Shown in pieces: positions 10,055 to 19,571 of a stretch of 64,000 nucleotides of DNA (position 1 is its first letter; each line of letters opens with the position of its first letter). The DNA comes from Candidatus Dojkabacteria bacterium (GTDB lineage: Bacteria > Patescibacteriota > Dojkabacteria > SC72). The DNA lies in NCBI GenBank assembly GCA_050943415.1, contig JBMNPD010000001.1, positions 4,317-68,316 of the forward strand, in the 5' to 3' direction. Below the pieces are notes generated by a model. It was not told the origin of the DNA and searched no databases. It saw only the letters and a list, made by a program, of their open reading frames with translations. A program made the translations under genes and the position numbers.

Positions 10055-11221
10055 CTATTTCTTCTTAAATGAATTATATAACGGAGACATTGCTCTCAAC
10101 TTACTAACAATCTTAGGTAGTACGTCTAACAAATACTCAACCTCCTCAACAGTATTATCTTCTGAGAAAGATAACCTCAAAGAACCATGTGCGTCTTCAG
10201 GTTTAACTCCGATAGCAAGAAGTACATGAGAAGGTTCTAAAGAAGCTGAAGTACAAGCAGAACCTGATGAAGCGCAAATACCTGCATGATTTAGATGCAG
10301 CAGAATAGATTCCCCCTCTATATATTTAAAACAAACATTAACATTAGCAGGCAACCTGTTTACCAAATCACCATTAACAAAACAGTCAGAAATCTTAGAC
10401 AAAATTCCCTCTATAGCCATATCTCTTAATTTCTTAACATACTCATTATTCTTTTTCATGTTCTTTACTGAATTCTGAACTGCCAAACCTAAACCAACAA
10501 TACCAGGTGTATTCTCAGTACTTGCTCTTCTACCCATCTCCTGTGCACCACCATGCAAAAGAGAATCTATCTTTACACCTTTCTTAATATACAAAGCACC
10601 TACACCCTTAGGTCCGCCCAGCTTATGCCCAGAAATAGTTAGCAAATCTACACCTAGCTTCTTCACATCTATATCTACATGCCCTACAGCCTGAACAGCA
10701 TCTGTATGGAAATATATACCATTCTTCTTAGCTAAATCAGCAATCTGAGCAATTGGTTGTATAGTACCAATCTCATTATTTGCAAACATAACTGATATGA
10801 GGATAGTATCCTTTTGTAAAAGCTTCTCTACATCCTTAACATTCACAATTCCACTCCTGTCTACAGGTATGTATGAAATATCAAAGCCATTTTTCTGTAG
10901 GTACTTACAAGGCTCTAAAATGGCATGATGTTCTATAGCTGACACTATAATGTGTTTTCCTTTCTTTTTGTTTGCACTAGCAATTCCTTTGATAGCCCAG
11001 TTATCACTCTCAGTGCCAGAAGAGGTAAAGTATATCTCTGATGGGTCGGCATTAATAGCCTTAGCAACCATTTCTCTGGAGGACTCAATAGCTCTTTTAG
11101 CATTTCTACCAAGATCATATATGGCAGAAGCATTACCGTACTCCTCAATAAAATATGGAATTATCTTCTTCAAAATATCATCAGGCACTCTTCTAGTTGC
11201 AGCATTATCAAAGTAAATCAT
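10055..11221 (-). CDS. iscS: Cysteine desulfurase
   Basis: YFDNAAT, HTDAVQ, SGHK (PLP Lys), SSGSACTS. Confidence 0.96.
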   Translation of the reverse strand: MIYFDNAATRRVPDDILKKIIPYFIEEYGNASAIYDLGRNAKRAIESSREMVAKAINADPSEIYFTSSGTESDNWAIKGIASANKKKGKHIIVSAIEHHAILEPCKYLQKNGFDISYIPVDRSGIVNVKDVEKLLQKDTILISVMFANNEIGTIQPIAQIADLAKKNGIYFHTDAVQAVGHVDIDVKKLGVDLLTISGHKLGGPKGVGALYIKKGVKIDSLLHGGAQEMGRRASTENTPGIVGLGLAVQNSVKNMKKNNEYVKKLRDMAIEGILSKISDCFVNGDLVNRLPANVNVCFKYIEGESILLHLNHAGICASSGSACTSASLEPSHVLLAIGVKPEDAHGSLRLSFSEDNTVEEVEYLLDVLPKIVSKLRAMSPLYNSFKKK

Positions 11222-11423
11222 ACTTCATTATACACCAGTACTCCACCTTTAAGGTAGTAGGTAACACCCTGCACAAAAGGCAAACTTCATACTTTTTAAC
11301 AAATATTTAAGATACTAGAGGGTAATTCTCTAAATAAAACATTGTCAATATTATGTTTCTTTAAAAATAGCTTGTAATATATCTTTGTGGATATCTTAGA
11401 AGGAAGCTAAAAGAATGCTTGGA

Positions 11424-12452
11424 TTACAATATGATATTTACTTCAGATATCAATTCTACTCCATACTCTTTCAGTACAGAATCTTTCATCTTCTGAATAT
11501 ATTCATATATTTCTTTGCCAGAAGCCTTTTTATTTGTTACAACACATAGAGCATGTCTATCAAAAGTACCAACATTACCTATCCACTTCCCTTTCCACCC
11601 TAGTTCATCTAACAATCTTCCAGCAGGAATTCTAACTTTTTCTTTTTCCTCTACAGGATATGATTGTAATTCTGATATCCTTTTAGACAACTCGTTGTAT
11701 TTCTCTACAGAAACAATTGGATTTTCAAAGAAACTACCACAAGTTCCATACTCTTTTACAGAAGGTAATCGTTTCTTTCGTTGCATAATTATTGCTTTCA
11801 TAACTTCTTGTATGCTGTACGGTTCTTTTGCAAAGGAATCCAACTCTTCTTTTAATGAACCGTATCTCCCTGCTCTTTCAGTATATGAAAGTTCAAATTT
11901 CTTTGTATTCTTCTTTAGTTTAAAAATTGCTGAAACAACAATATATTTGTTTTTCCACTCATGTTTAAAATTACTACCTCTGTATCTATATCCACATTTT
12001 TTTGGATTGAATTTTGTTAATTTTTCTTTTGATATATCTATAGCTTCTATAGAATATAATGTATCTATTACAGTTTGACCGTATGCACCTATGTTTTGTG
12101 TTACTGCACTTCCTACACTTCCGGGGATCATAGCCATGTTTTCTACTCCGGCGTAATTTCTCTCTACACACCACTTAACAAAATCATCCCATATTTCTCC
12201 AGAATGTACTTTAACATATACGTTCTCTGAATCTTCTTTAACAACTTCTATTCCCTTGTAATTTGGTTTAATGATTAGACCATCGTAATTGTTTACAAAG
12301 AGGGTATTACTTCCTTCTCCTAGTATAAGAATCTTCTCATCTTTGTATTTTTGTAATATGGAAATTGTTTCTTCTACAGTATTAACTATTTCAAAAAGTT
12401 TTGATTTTGTATCGGTATGAAATGTGTTGTACTTTTTTAATGAATATTTCAT
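11424..12452 (-). CDS. murB: UDP-N-acetylmuramate dehydrogenase
   Basis: GEGSNTL, IPGSVG, QNIGAYG, YRGSNFK, GSFFENP, LISEV. Confidence 0.95.
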   Translation of the reverse strand: MKYSLKKYNTFHTDTKSKLFEIVNTVEETISILQKYKDEKILILGEGSNTLFVNNYDGLIIKPNYKGIEVVKEDSENVYVKVHSGEIWDDFVKWCVERNYAGVENMAMIPGSVGSAVTQNIGAYGQTVIDTLYSIEAIDISKEKLTKFNPKKCGYRYRGSNFKHEWKNKYIVVSAIFKLKKNTKKFELSYTERAGRYGSLKEELDSFAKEPYSIQEVMKAIIMQRKKRLPSVKEYGTCGSFFENPIVSVEKYNELSKRISELQSYPVEEKEKVRIPAGRLLDELGWKGKWIGNVGTFDRHALCVVTNKKASGKEIYEYIQKMKDSVLKEYGVELISEVNIIL

Positions 12453-12468
12453 TAATAGAATATATCAT

Positions 12469-12519
12469 AAAAAAGAAAAGAGATGGACTGCCTGACTGCT
12501 AAGTATGACAGTCCATCTC
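12469..12519 (-). terminator. Hairpin plus U-tract ending orphan unit A
   Basis: gagatggactg (12480-12490) / cagtccatctc (12509-12519), followed on the minus strand by TTTTCTTTTTT. Confidence 0.75.
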
Positions 12520-12765
12520 GGACTTGAAAGGTGTCTTTTCTTTTTGCCCGTTTAAATAAACAACATTTGCTATTTATTTAATTGTTGTTTCTGTCTTAGA
12601 TACATAATCTCCTTTCTTTAAAAAAGATACTGGTGGTTATAAACCAGTAGAGAAAAATGGATCACTCTCCTTCCCATTCGGTAAGCGACAGACAAGACAG
12701 AAACTTTTGATACTATCAACGAGCGCTCTTGTTCAGCAAGAGTTCTAAACACTTTTCAAGTGTGG
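12470..12765 (-). ncRNA. Candidate structured small transcript A containing an SD-led 11-aa ORF (12570-12605, MYLRQKQQLNK)
   Basis: Bounded by a consensus-like promoter and a terminator; several hairpins; AAAGGAG SD just upstream of the ATG. Confidence 0.45.
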
Positions 12766-12770
12766 ATTGC

Positions 12771-12799
12771 ATTATATGATGAAAGTTTGTATTTGTAAA
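12771..12799 (-). promoter_or_regulatory. sigma70 promoter TTTACA-17-TATAAT
   Basis: Minus strand reads tttaca aatacaaactttcatca tataat. Confidence 0.7.
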
Positions 12800-12908
12800 G
12801 CTTTTTGAAAATGTGGATATGGTTTTGTTAATAGTGTTGACTATTTTGAATAGTTTTGATTCTGTTTTATTACGGAAATTGTTGTGATGATTAATAAAAA
12901 TATATCAC

Positions 12909-13252
12909 AAAAAGAAAGAAGGCGTAAGTGGTTATGTTTTGTTGAACTCAACAGAACAACTTACGCCAGTTGTGACTTGAAGAATGATTGTTCGCCCTTA
13001 AAAAAAGGTTTTTTTCTACTTAGGTTTTGACTTCTCTTTGCTGGGTAATATGTATCCCCATAATAAAGCGTCAAATTTTTCGTCCTAATAAAAAAACCTT
13101 TCTGATTAAAAGAGGCATCTTTATAGAGCCTCTGTGAACGAAGATTTTTTCGTCCCAAATTGGGTTCTGCGTTCACTTTCAGTTGTAAAGGGCTATTTCT
13201 CCTATCCTTCCTCTAGGATAGAAACAGTTTGTAACATTCCTCAAAGTTACAA
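12909..13252 (-). ncRNA. Candidate highly structured ~340-nt RNA (unit B)
   Basis: Consecutive stems gtaac/gttac, ctgtttct/agaaatag, gtgaacg/cgttcac, agaggc/gcctct, aaaggttttttt/aaaaaaaccttt; terminal stem ggcgtaagt/acttacgcc (12921-12967) plus U-tract. Confidence 0.55.
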
Positions 13253-13256
13253 TTAC

Positions 13257-13285
13257 ATTATATAACAAAAGTTTCTTTTTGTACA
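13257..13285 (-). promoter_or_regulatory. sigma70 promoter TGTACA-17-TATAAT
   Basis: Minus strand reads tgtaca aaaagaaacttttgtta tataat. Confidence 0.65.
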
Positions 13286-13302
13286 GCCCTTTGAAAAATA
13301 CT

Positions 13303-13344
13303 AAAGGGTATATTTGTGTGAATAGAAATCTAAATATACCCTTT
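13303..13344 (-). terminator. Hairpin ending orphan unit C
   Basis: 13-bp stem aaagggtatattt / aaatatacccttt. Confidence 0.65.
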
Positions 13345-13471
13345 CTTAGGAATTAAGAACTAATGTCCTCTCTTCCCGTTTGTTTTACTTGTTGGCTTTT
13401 GTTTCTTTTTTTCCTTTATTTTTTTTGTTTGTCTTGTAGTTGCATTGTTGCGACTACTGTTTTTTGAAACA

Positions 13472-13636
13472 TTAGCCATTTGTTATTCTTTGAGGTGTTT
13501 CTGTTTTTTGTTGATTTGCAACAAAAACCTCTGAGTTTTGTTTTTTAGAAGGGTTTCTATGTTGCCACCCTTCATGATTTCTCTTCTTCTCCACTGCTTG
13601 CCCTTTTGGGGTATCTCTGTTAGGAACTTTACCCAT
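13472..13636 (-). CDS. 54-aa basic hydrophilic orphan peptide (MGKVPNRDTPKGQ...ITNG), not in the ORF track
   Basis: AAGGAGG SD 4 nt before ATG; TGaTATAAT -10 at 13676-13684; downstream hairpin. Confidence 0.5.
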   Translation of the reverse strand: MGKVPNRDTPKGQAVEKKRNHEGWQHRNPSKKQNSEVFVANQQKTETPQRITNG

Positions 13637-13832
13637 TTTTCCTCCTTTTTTATTATGGTTTTTGAAGAGGTTGAGATTATATCAGAATATTATTATTAGA
13701 ACAACGAAATACATAATGTTAGCAATACATGTGTAAAATATTGAAAATATTACAATTTTTTTGTTACTGATTCTGTAAGAACAAGAACTTTATTCTCTGA
13801 TTAAGTATGTTATTTAAATTTTGTATTCTTCT

Positions 13833-14534
13833 CTATTCTTCGTTTGTTAAACAATTAACAATGGAATCAATATGTGCTTGTGTTGTATCAAATATAGGAA
13901 TATCTATATCATTCTGTTTAATTAACATCTCTATTTCAGTACAACCCAATATAATTCCTTCGATTTTTGCTTCTTTAATCATTTCATTAATTACTTTAAT
14001 GTAATATTCCTTTGATTCTTCTTTGATTATTCCTTTACATAACTCATTAAAAATTATTCTATCTATTTCATCAATAGTAGTTGATTCTTTAGAAATTGAA
14101 ACATTAAGACCATTATCTGCTAATCTATCTTTTAGAAAATCTTCCACCATTGTATATTTGGTTCCGATTAATCCTACATTTAATATTTCTTTCTCTTTAC
14201 ATTTTTTAGCTACTGAATCAGCTATATGAATGAGTGGTATATTAATTTTACTTTGTATGAAGTCTGCTAATTTATGCATAGTATTGGTAGCAATTACAAT
14301 ATAGTCAGCACCTGCTTGTTCAAGAAGTATAGCTATATTAGCAAGTTCAGTACCTATTTCTTCCCATTTCTCTTCTAACATTAACTTCCTGATGTCTTCA
14401 AAATTGACATTGTAAATAATTAATTTTGCTGAATTTAAACCACCTAAAATTTCATTTACTTGTTTATTTATTCTTTCATAATAATGAACAGATGATTCAT
14501 AACTCATACCACCTATAATACCTATTGTTTTCAT
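13833..14534 (-). CDS. Aspartate/glutamate racemase family (YgeA/RacX-like)
   Basis: MKTIGIIGGMS, ATNTMH, ILGCTE, FDTT; AAGGAGG SD. Confidence 0.93.
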   Translation of the reverse strand: MKTIGIIGGMSYESSVHYYERINKQVNEILGGLNSAKLIIYNVNFEDIRKLMLEEKWEEIGTELANIAILLEQAGADYIVIATNTMHKLADFIQSKINIPLIHIADSVAKKCKEKEILNVGLIGTKYTMVEDFLKDRLADNGLNVSISKESTTIDEIDRIIFNELCKGIIKEESKEYYIKVINEMIKEAKIEGIILGCTEIEMLIKQNDIDIPIFDTTQAHIDSIVNCLTNEE

Positions 14535-14617
14535 AGATAAGACCTCCTTTCAGGTATTTAATATTATTTTTAATTGTAACATAAAAAGATTAAATATTAC
14601 TTTAATCTCTTATCTGA

Positions 14618-15124
14618 CTATTTTATTTTTTTGTTAAAAACATTTTTTTCTTTTGTCAAATCCTTGAAATAACCAACATCTTTTTCATAACCAAGACTTT
14701 CGTAAAGTTTTTGTGCAACAACATTAGATCTCTCAGCCTGTAAACAACAACTATCTGCACCCATTTCTCGACCAAAATCTTCTATATATTGAATTAACTT
14801 TTTACCAAGTCCCTGATGACGATATTTCTTTTCTATTCTTACCCACCAAATTGTAATGTAAGGTTTTTGATCAAAGAAAAGATTGGGATGTAAAAAAACT
14901 TCAGCATAACCCATTGTCTCTTTTGCATGACGCATAACAAAAAAATACCAGAACTCATTATCTTTATATCTTTCAAAATTATTATACATTCCTTTAATGT
15001 TTGTTGACTCTTGAGGACTTTCAACATAATACTGTCTACATAATTCTGGTAAAAATTTAAGATCTTGTTCTTTCATTTTCCCAATTTCAAAATCACCAAA
15101 TTTTTGTGTTTTTATCTTTACCAT
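14618..15124 (-). CDS. GNAT acetyltransferase
   Basis: YRHQGLGKKL motif A; N..AQKLYESLGY motif B. Confidence 0.88.
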   Translation of the reverse strand: MVKIKTQKFGDFEIGKMKEQDLKFLPELCRQYYVESPQESTNIKGMYNNFERYKDNEFWYFFVMRHAKETMGYAEVFLHPNLFFDQKPYITIWWVRIEKKYRHQGLGKKLIQYIEDFGREMGADSCCLQAERSNVVAQKLYESLGYEKDVGYFKDLTKEKNVFNKKIK

Positions 15125-15170
15125 AGGTTTAATTTTATTACAAAAAAATTAAATTTAGTTTTTCTATTTA

Positions 15171-17810
15171 TTACTTATTTTTTATAGTAGCCTGTGCTGC
15201 AGCAAGTCTAGCAATAGGTACTCTGTAAGGAGAACAACTAACTAAATCTAACCCTATCATATGACAGAACTCTATAGACTTAGGATCTCCTCCATGTTCT
15301 CCACAAATCCCCATCTCTATATTCTTCCTAGTAGAATGTGCTCTCTTTGAAGCCTCTTTCATTAATTCTCCTACCCCTATCCTATCAATAGTTTGAAATG
15401 GATCATCTTCAAGAACACCTTGCTCTAAGTGTTTTGTTATGAATTTACCAGCATCATCTCTAGAGTAACCAAAAGTAGTTTGAGTTAAATCATTTGTTCC
15501 AAAAGAGAAGAATTCTGCATACTTTGCTAATTGATCAGCTACTATACATGCTCTTGGAAGTTCTAACATAGCTCCAACTTTGTAATTAATCTTTACATTA
15601 CCTTTCTTCATACATTCCTCTGCCGTATGAACGATAACCTCTCTTAAAAACTCCATCTCATTAGGATGATTTACAAACGGTACCTCTATCTCAGGTAAAA
15701 CCTTCTTACCACTCTTAGTTACCTTAATGGCTGCATTTATGATAGCTCTAACTTGCATCTCTGAAATCTCTGGATATATCATTGCGAGTCTACAACCTCT
15801 AAACCCTATCATAGGATTAAATTCAGCTAATGATTCCCTCTTTTTGTAAAGATCCTCATAACTTACGTCCATCTCTACAGATATTTCTCTTAATTCATGC
15901 TCATCATGAGGTATGAACTCATGTAGAGGAGGATCTAATAATCTAACTGTAACAGGTAGTCCATCCATTTCTTTAAATATTCTTTCAAAATCTCCCTGTT
16001 GCATCTTCTCAATCTTAGCTAAAGCTTTAATCCTCTGTTCTTTGGTATCAGCCAATATCATTTGTCTAACTGCAGAAATTCTATCTTCTTTAAAGAACAT
16101 ATGCTCTGTTCTAACCAACCCTATACCCTCAGCTCCGAATTCTCTAGCAGTTTTAGCATCTTTAGCAGTATCTGCATTTGTTCGTATCTTTAACTTTCTA
16201 AATGAATCTGCCCACTTCATTAATTTAGCAAAGTCTCCAGATATTGATGGCTCTACTGTCTTAATTTCTCCAAGATATACTGAACCAGTACCACCATCTA
16301 ATGTGATCCAATCACCCTCTTTTAGAATCTCTCCATTTGGTAATCTGACTATCTTAACCTTTTCATTAATCTCAACATCACTACAACCTGCAACACAACA
16401 TCTACCCATACCTCTTGCTACAACTGCTGCATGACTAGTCATTCCACCTCTACCTGTTAGTATTCCATTAGCTACATTCATTCCCTCAATATCTTCAGGA
16501 GATGTTTCTAATCTAACTAGTATCACTCTTTTTCCATTCTTACTCCACTCAGTTGCTTCCTCTGCTGTAAATACAATCTGTCCACTACCTGCTCCAGGAG
16601 AAGCTGGTAAACCTTTAGCAACTTCTTCTTTCTCTGCATGAGGATCTATCATTGGGTGAAGTAGTTGATCTAATGAGAGTGGATCTACTCTTAAAACTGC
16701 ATCTTCTTTTGTAATCATCTTTTCATTAACCATATCAACAGCAATCTTTACTGCAGATGCAGCAGTTCTCTTTCCTGTTCTAGATTGAAGAATATATAGT
16801 TTGCTATTCTCAATGGTAAACTCAATATCCATCATATCTTTGTAATGATTTTCTAATGTATCAAAAATGTCTGTTAATTCTTTGTATGTATCTGGTAGAT
16901 TCTTCTTCATTTCTTCCAAATGCAAAGGAGTCCTTATACCAGCAACAACATCTTCACCTTGTGCTTTCATTAAATATTCACCATAGTATTTCTTCTCTCC
17001 AGTAGATGGATTCCTTGTAAATGCTACACCTGTTCCTGAATCATCTCCCAAATTGCCAAATACCATAGATTGTATGTTTACAGCTGTTCCAGTAACTTCT
17101 GGTGCTATCTTATTTATCCTTCTGTAAGATATTGCTCTTGGATTATTCCATGATCTAAATACAGCATCTATTCCTCCTTTTAGTTGTTCTATTGGATCTG
17201 ATGGAAAATCTTTTTTAATTTCCTTTTTGTAAAGTGATTTGTATCCTGTTACTACTTTCTTAAGATCTTCTACAGTTAGATCTACATCATTTTGAATATT
17301 TTTGCTCTTTTTAACTTTCTCTAACTCTTCTTCAAATTTAGAATGTTCTATTCCCATGACAACGTTTCCATACATCTGTATGAATCTTCTGTATGAATCC
17401 CATGCGAATCTTTCATCACCTGTTTTTTCAATTAGTCCATTTAATGTATCTTCATTTAGACCAAGATTTAAAACAGTATCCATCATTCCTGGCATTGATA
17501 CAGCAGCTCCTGATCTTACAGATACTAGTAGTGGATTCTTTCTGTCACCAAATCTTTTTCCTGTTTTATTCTCTAGTTCTTTTAGATTCTTCTTAATTTC
17601 ATCCATTAAACCACTTGGATATTTTTGATTGTTTTCGTAGAAGTGGTTACATGCATCTATTGATATTACAAAACCAGGGGGTACAGGTATTCCAATTTTT
17701 GTCATTTCTGCAAGTGCTGCTCCTTTTCCACCTAGTACAAATTTAATGTTTTTTGTTTTGGGAAGTTCTGTTTTTTCTTTAGAGAAGAAATATATGTGTT
17801 TTTTAGACAT
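15171..17810 (-). CDS. ppdK: Pyruvate, phosphate dikinase
   Basis: LGGKG, VSVRSGA..SMPGMMDT, GGMTSHAAVVAR, FSFGTNDLTQ, GICGEHGGDP. Confidence 0.98.
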   Translation of the reverse strand: MSKKHIYFFSKEKTELPKTKNIKFVLGGKGAALAEMTKIGIPVPPGFVISIDACNHFYENNQKYPSGLMDEIKKNLKELENKTGKRFGDRKNPLLVSVRSGAAVSMPGMMDTVLNLGLNEDTLNGLIEKTGDERFAWDSYRRFIQMYGNVVMGIEHSKFEEELEKVKKSKNIQNDVDLTVEDLKKVVTGYKSLYKKEIKKDFPSDPIEQLKGGIDAVFRSWNNPRAISYRRINKIAPEVTGTAVNIQSMVFGNLGDDSGTGVAFTRNPSTGEKKYYGEYLMKAQGEDVVAGIRTPLHLEEMKKNLPDTYKELTDIFDTLENHYKDMMDIEFTIENSKLYILQSRTGKRTAASAVKIAVDMVNEKMITKEDAVLRVDPLSLDQLLHPMIDPHAEKEEVAKGLPASPGAGSGQIVFTAEEATEWSKNGKRVILVRLETSPEDIEGMNVANGILTGRGGMTSHAAVVARGMGRCCVAGCSDVEINEKVKIVRLPNGEILKEGDWITLDGGTGSVYLGEIKTVEPSISGDFAKLMKWADSFRKLKIRTNADTAKDAKTAREFGAEGIGLVRTEHMFFKEDRISAVRQMILADTKEQRIKALAKIEKMQQGDFERIFKEMDGLPVTVRLLDPPLHEFIPHDEHELREISVEMDVSYEDLYKKRESLAEFNPMIGFRGCRLAMIYPEISEMQVRAIINAAIKVTKSGKKVLPEIEVPFVNHPNEMEFLREVIVHTAEECMKKGNVKINYKVGAMLELPRACIVADQLAKYAEFFSFGTNDLTQTTFGYSRDDAGKFITKHLEQGVLEDDPFQTIDRIGVGELMKEASKRAHSTRKNIEMGICGEHGGDPKSIEFCHMIGLDLVSCSPYRVPIARLAAAQATIKNK

Positions 17811-17874
17811 CAAGTGTGTAAATTAAAAATTAATGACAAGGAAAGTATATCAAAGTAATGGAAATGTTAGCAAC

Positions 17875-17936
17875 AAAAAGATTGTCCCGAGGATTACAAC
17901 TTGAGTGGTATACTCAGATATATTTGTAATCCTCGG
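17875..17936 (-). terminator. Long composite hairpin downstream of orphan ORF 17950-18258
   Basis: ccgaggattacaa (17887-17899) / ttgtaatcctcgg (17924-17936), inner stem tgagt/actca. Confidence 0.65.
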
Positions 17937-17949
17937 AGTGCTCATTATT

Positions 17950-18258
17950 TTAGAATTCCTGTTTCATCTCTTCTATGTAGTATTGTTCAATCTCTGCTTT
18001 TGGTAAAGCAAAAATATGTAACAGGTCTCCTACGAAGAATCTTCCGTATTGTTTACGTATTTGATTGAACAAACTGTAAATTTCTTCATTAAGAATGATT
18101 GCGATTGTAATCTCGCGAAAATAATATGTACCAACAATTATATAATCTTCCGGGTTATGTAATTGTTTCCGAACTTTGTCGAATGAATCTTGTATTGCTA
18201 AAGTCCGGTTATTTGGTATATATATTTTATCGCTATCGAGTATGTATATCTCTGCCAT
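17950..18258 (-). CDS. Orphan hypothetical protein (SD-led stand-alone unit)
   Basis: 102-aa ORF; GGGAGG SD; TATAAT at 18293-18298. Confidence 0.7.
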   Translation of the reverse strand: MAEIYILDSDKIYIPNNRTLAIQDSFDKVRKQLHNPEDYIIVGTYYFREITIAIILNEEIYSLFNQIRKQYGRFFVGDLLHIFALPKAEIEQYYIEEMKQEF

Positions 18259-18372
18259 ACTTCCTCCCTTTAATTTGGTAATGAGCGTTTTGATTATACT
18301 ATATGCTAGCTATATTTAGAACGAAATGATATATATTGAAGAATTATATATTCAAATGATAAATGCATAATG

Positions 18373-19566
18373 CTAATCTGTGTCCATCAAATCATACTGA
18401 ATCTTTAATCTTAAAACTCTTTTAACCTTCTCATCTATATTGATATTGCCTTTCTCTACCTCATCTAAAATATAGTTGTATACCTTTCGTTGGAGACCAT
18501 CTGCAGAGTTAACAAATTTACTGTATATTAACATATCTTCTCCTGCTAACAGTGCTTGTTTAGCTATCTCTTCTACTGATCCAAAACTACTTAAAGCACG
18601 CATCTGCATATCATCAGATATTACTACTCCTTTGTAATTCAAATGATTCCTTAATCTATTTGTTAAAATCTCATACGATATTGAAGATGGAAACTTATCT
18701 ATATTTTGAAAAAGAATATGTCCAATCATTATAGTGTCTACATTTGTTTTTTGAAGTAAAGAAGAGAAAGGTAGTATATATTCATCCCATTTAGCACTAG
18801 AAATATCTACAGATACCAGATTCTTGTGTGGATCTATATCATTTTCTCCATGTCCAGGAAAATGTTTAGGCACGGATATGATACCTGCCTCTTTGTATCC
18901 CTCTACTGTAGATATTGATTTAGAAATTACTTGATCTAGATCTCCTGAAAAAGTTCTAGAATAGATGAATGCATTTGGAGACGATACATACTCTACTACA
19001 GGTGCTAGATTCATATTGATACCTAAATTCTTTAATATTGTTCCTCTTTCCTTTGCTATATTGAAAGCATCTTCTGTTGAAATTTCTTTTTGTGAAATGG
19101 TTAACATCTTGTTCCATTTAATTCTTGGTACTACCCCACCCTCCTGATCTATTGCTACAAACATTTTAATTTTGTTAGTTGTTTGAAGTTCTACTATGAG
19201 GTTTTTAAGCTGATTTCCATCAGTTATATTTCTTTGAAAAAGTATTACTCCTGCAGGTTGAGTATCTAAAAGAAATTGTTTGTTTGATGGCTCTATTGTT
19301 TGATTACCTTCTACTCCAAATATGAATAGTTGACCTACTTTTTCCTTGTTTGTCATTTGTGATATGAGTTTCTCTTCAGGAGGAATTATTGGTTCTGGTT
19401 CTGGAGTTTGTATTGTTGTAGACGGTGTCTCTACTTCTTCCTCTATTTCTATCTCTTCTAATACAACTTCGTCTTTAAAAGAGAGAAAGTACGTTACTGG
19501 AATTGTTAGAATTATGACGGTGGAACAGATACCTATGATTATTTTCAATATTTTTATCATATTCAA
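18373..19566 (-). CDS. nagZ: Membrane-anchored GH3 beta-N-acetylhexosaminidase
   Basis: IDQEGG, NLAPV, KHFPGHG..IDPH, ISDDMQM; N-terminal TM. Confidence 0.88.
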   Translation of the reverse strand: MNMIKILKIIIGICSTVIILTIPVTYFLSFKDEVVLEEIEIEEEVETPSTTIQTPEPEPIIPPEEKLISQMTNKEKVGQLFIFGVEGNQTIEPSNKQFLLDTQPAGVILFQRNITDGNQLKNLIVELQTTNKIKMFVAIDQEGGVVPRIKWNKMLTISQKEISTEDAFNIAKERGTILKNLGINMNLAPVVEYVSSPNAFIYSRTFSGDLDQVISKSISTVEGYKEAGIISVPKHFPGHGENDIDPHKNLVSVDISSAKWDEYILPFSSLLQKTNVDTIMIGHILFQNIDKFPSSISYEILTNRLRNHLNYKGVVISDDMQMRALSSFGSVEEIAKQALLAGEDMLIYSKFVNSADGLQRKVYNYILDEVEKGNINIDEKVKRVLRLKIQYDLMDTD

Positions 19567-19571
19567 TTATA

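Noticed and set aside
11271-11290. c-di-GMP-I riboswitch-like 'GCACAAAAGGCAAAC'
   Set aside because: No following GNRA-capped stem or GACGCAAAG segment, and it is antisense to the flanking genes.
12961-13176. 71-aa ORF in the track
   Set aside because: GTG start without an adjacent SD, lies in dense RNA stems and ends inside the terminator stem.
13076-13190. Hammerhead ribozyme suggested by GGACGAAA
   Set aside because: No CUGANGA core upstream in the required position.
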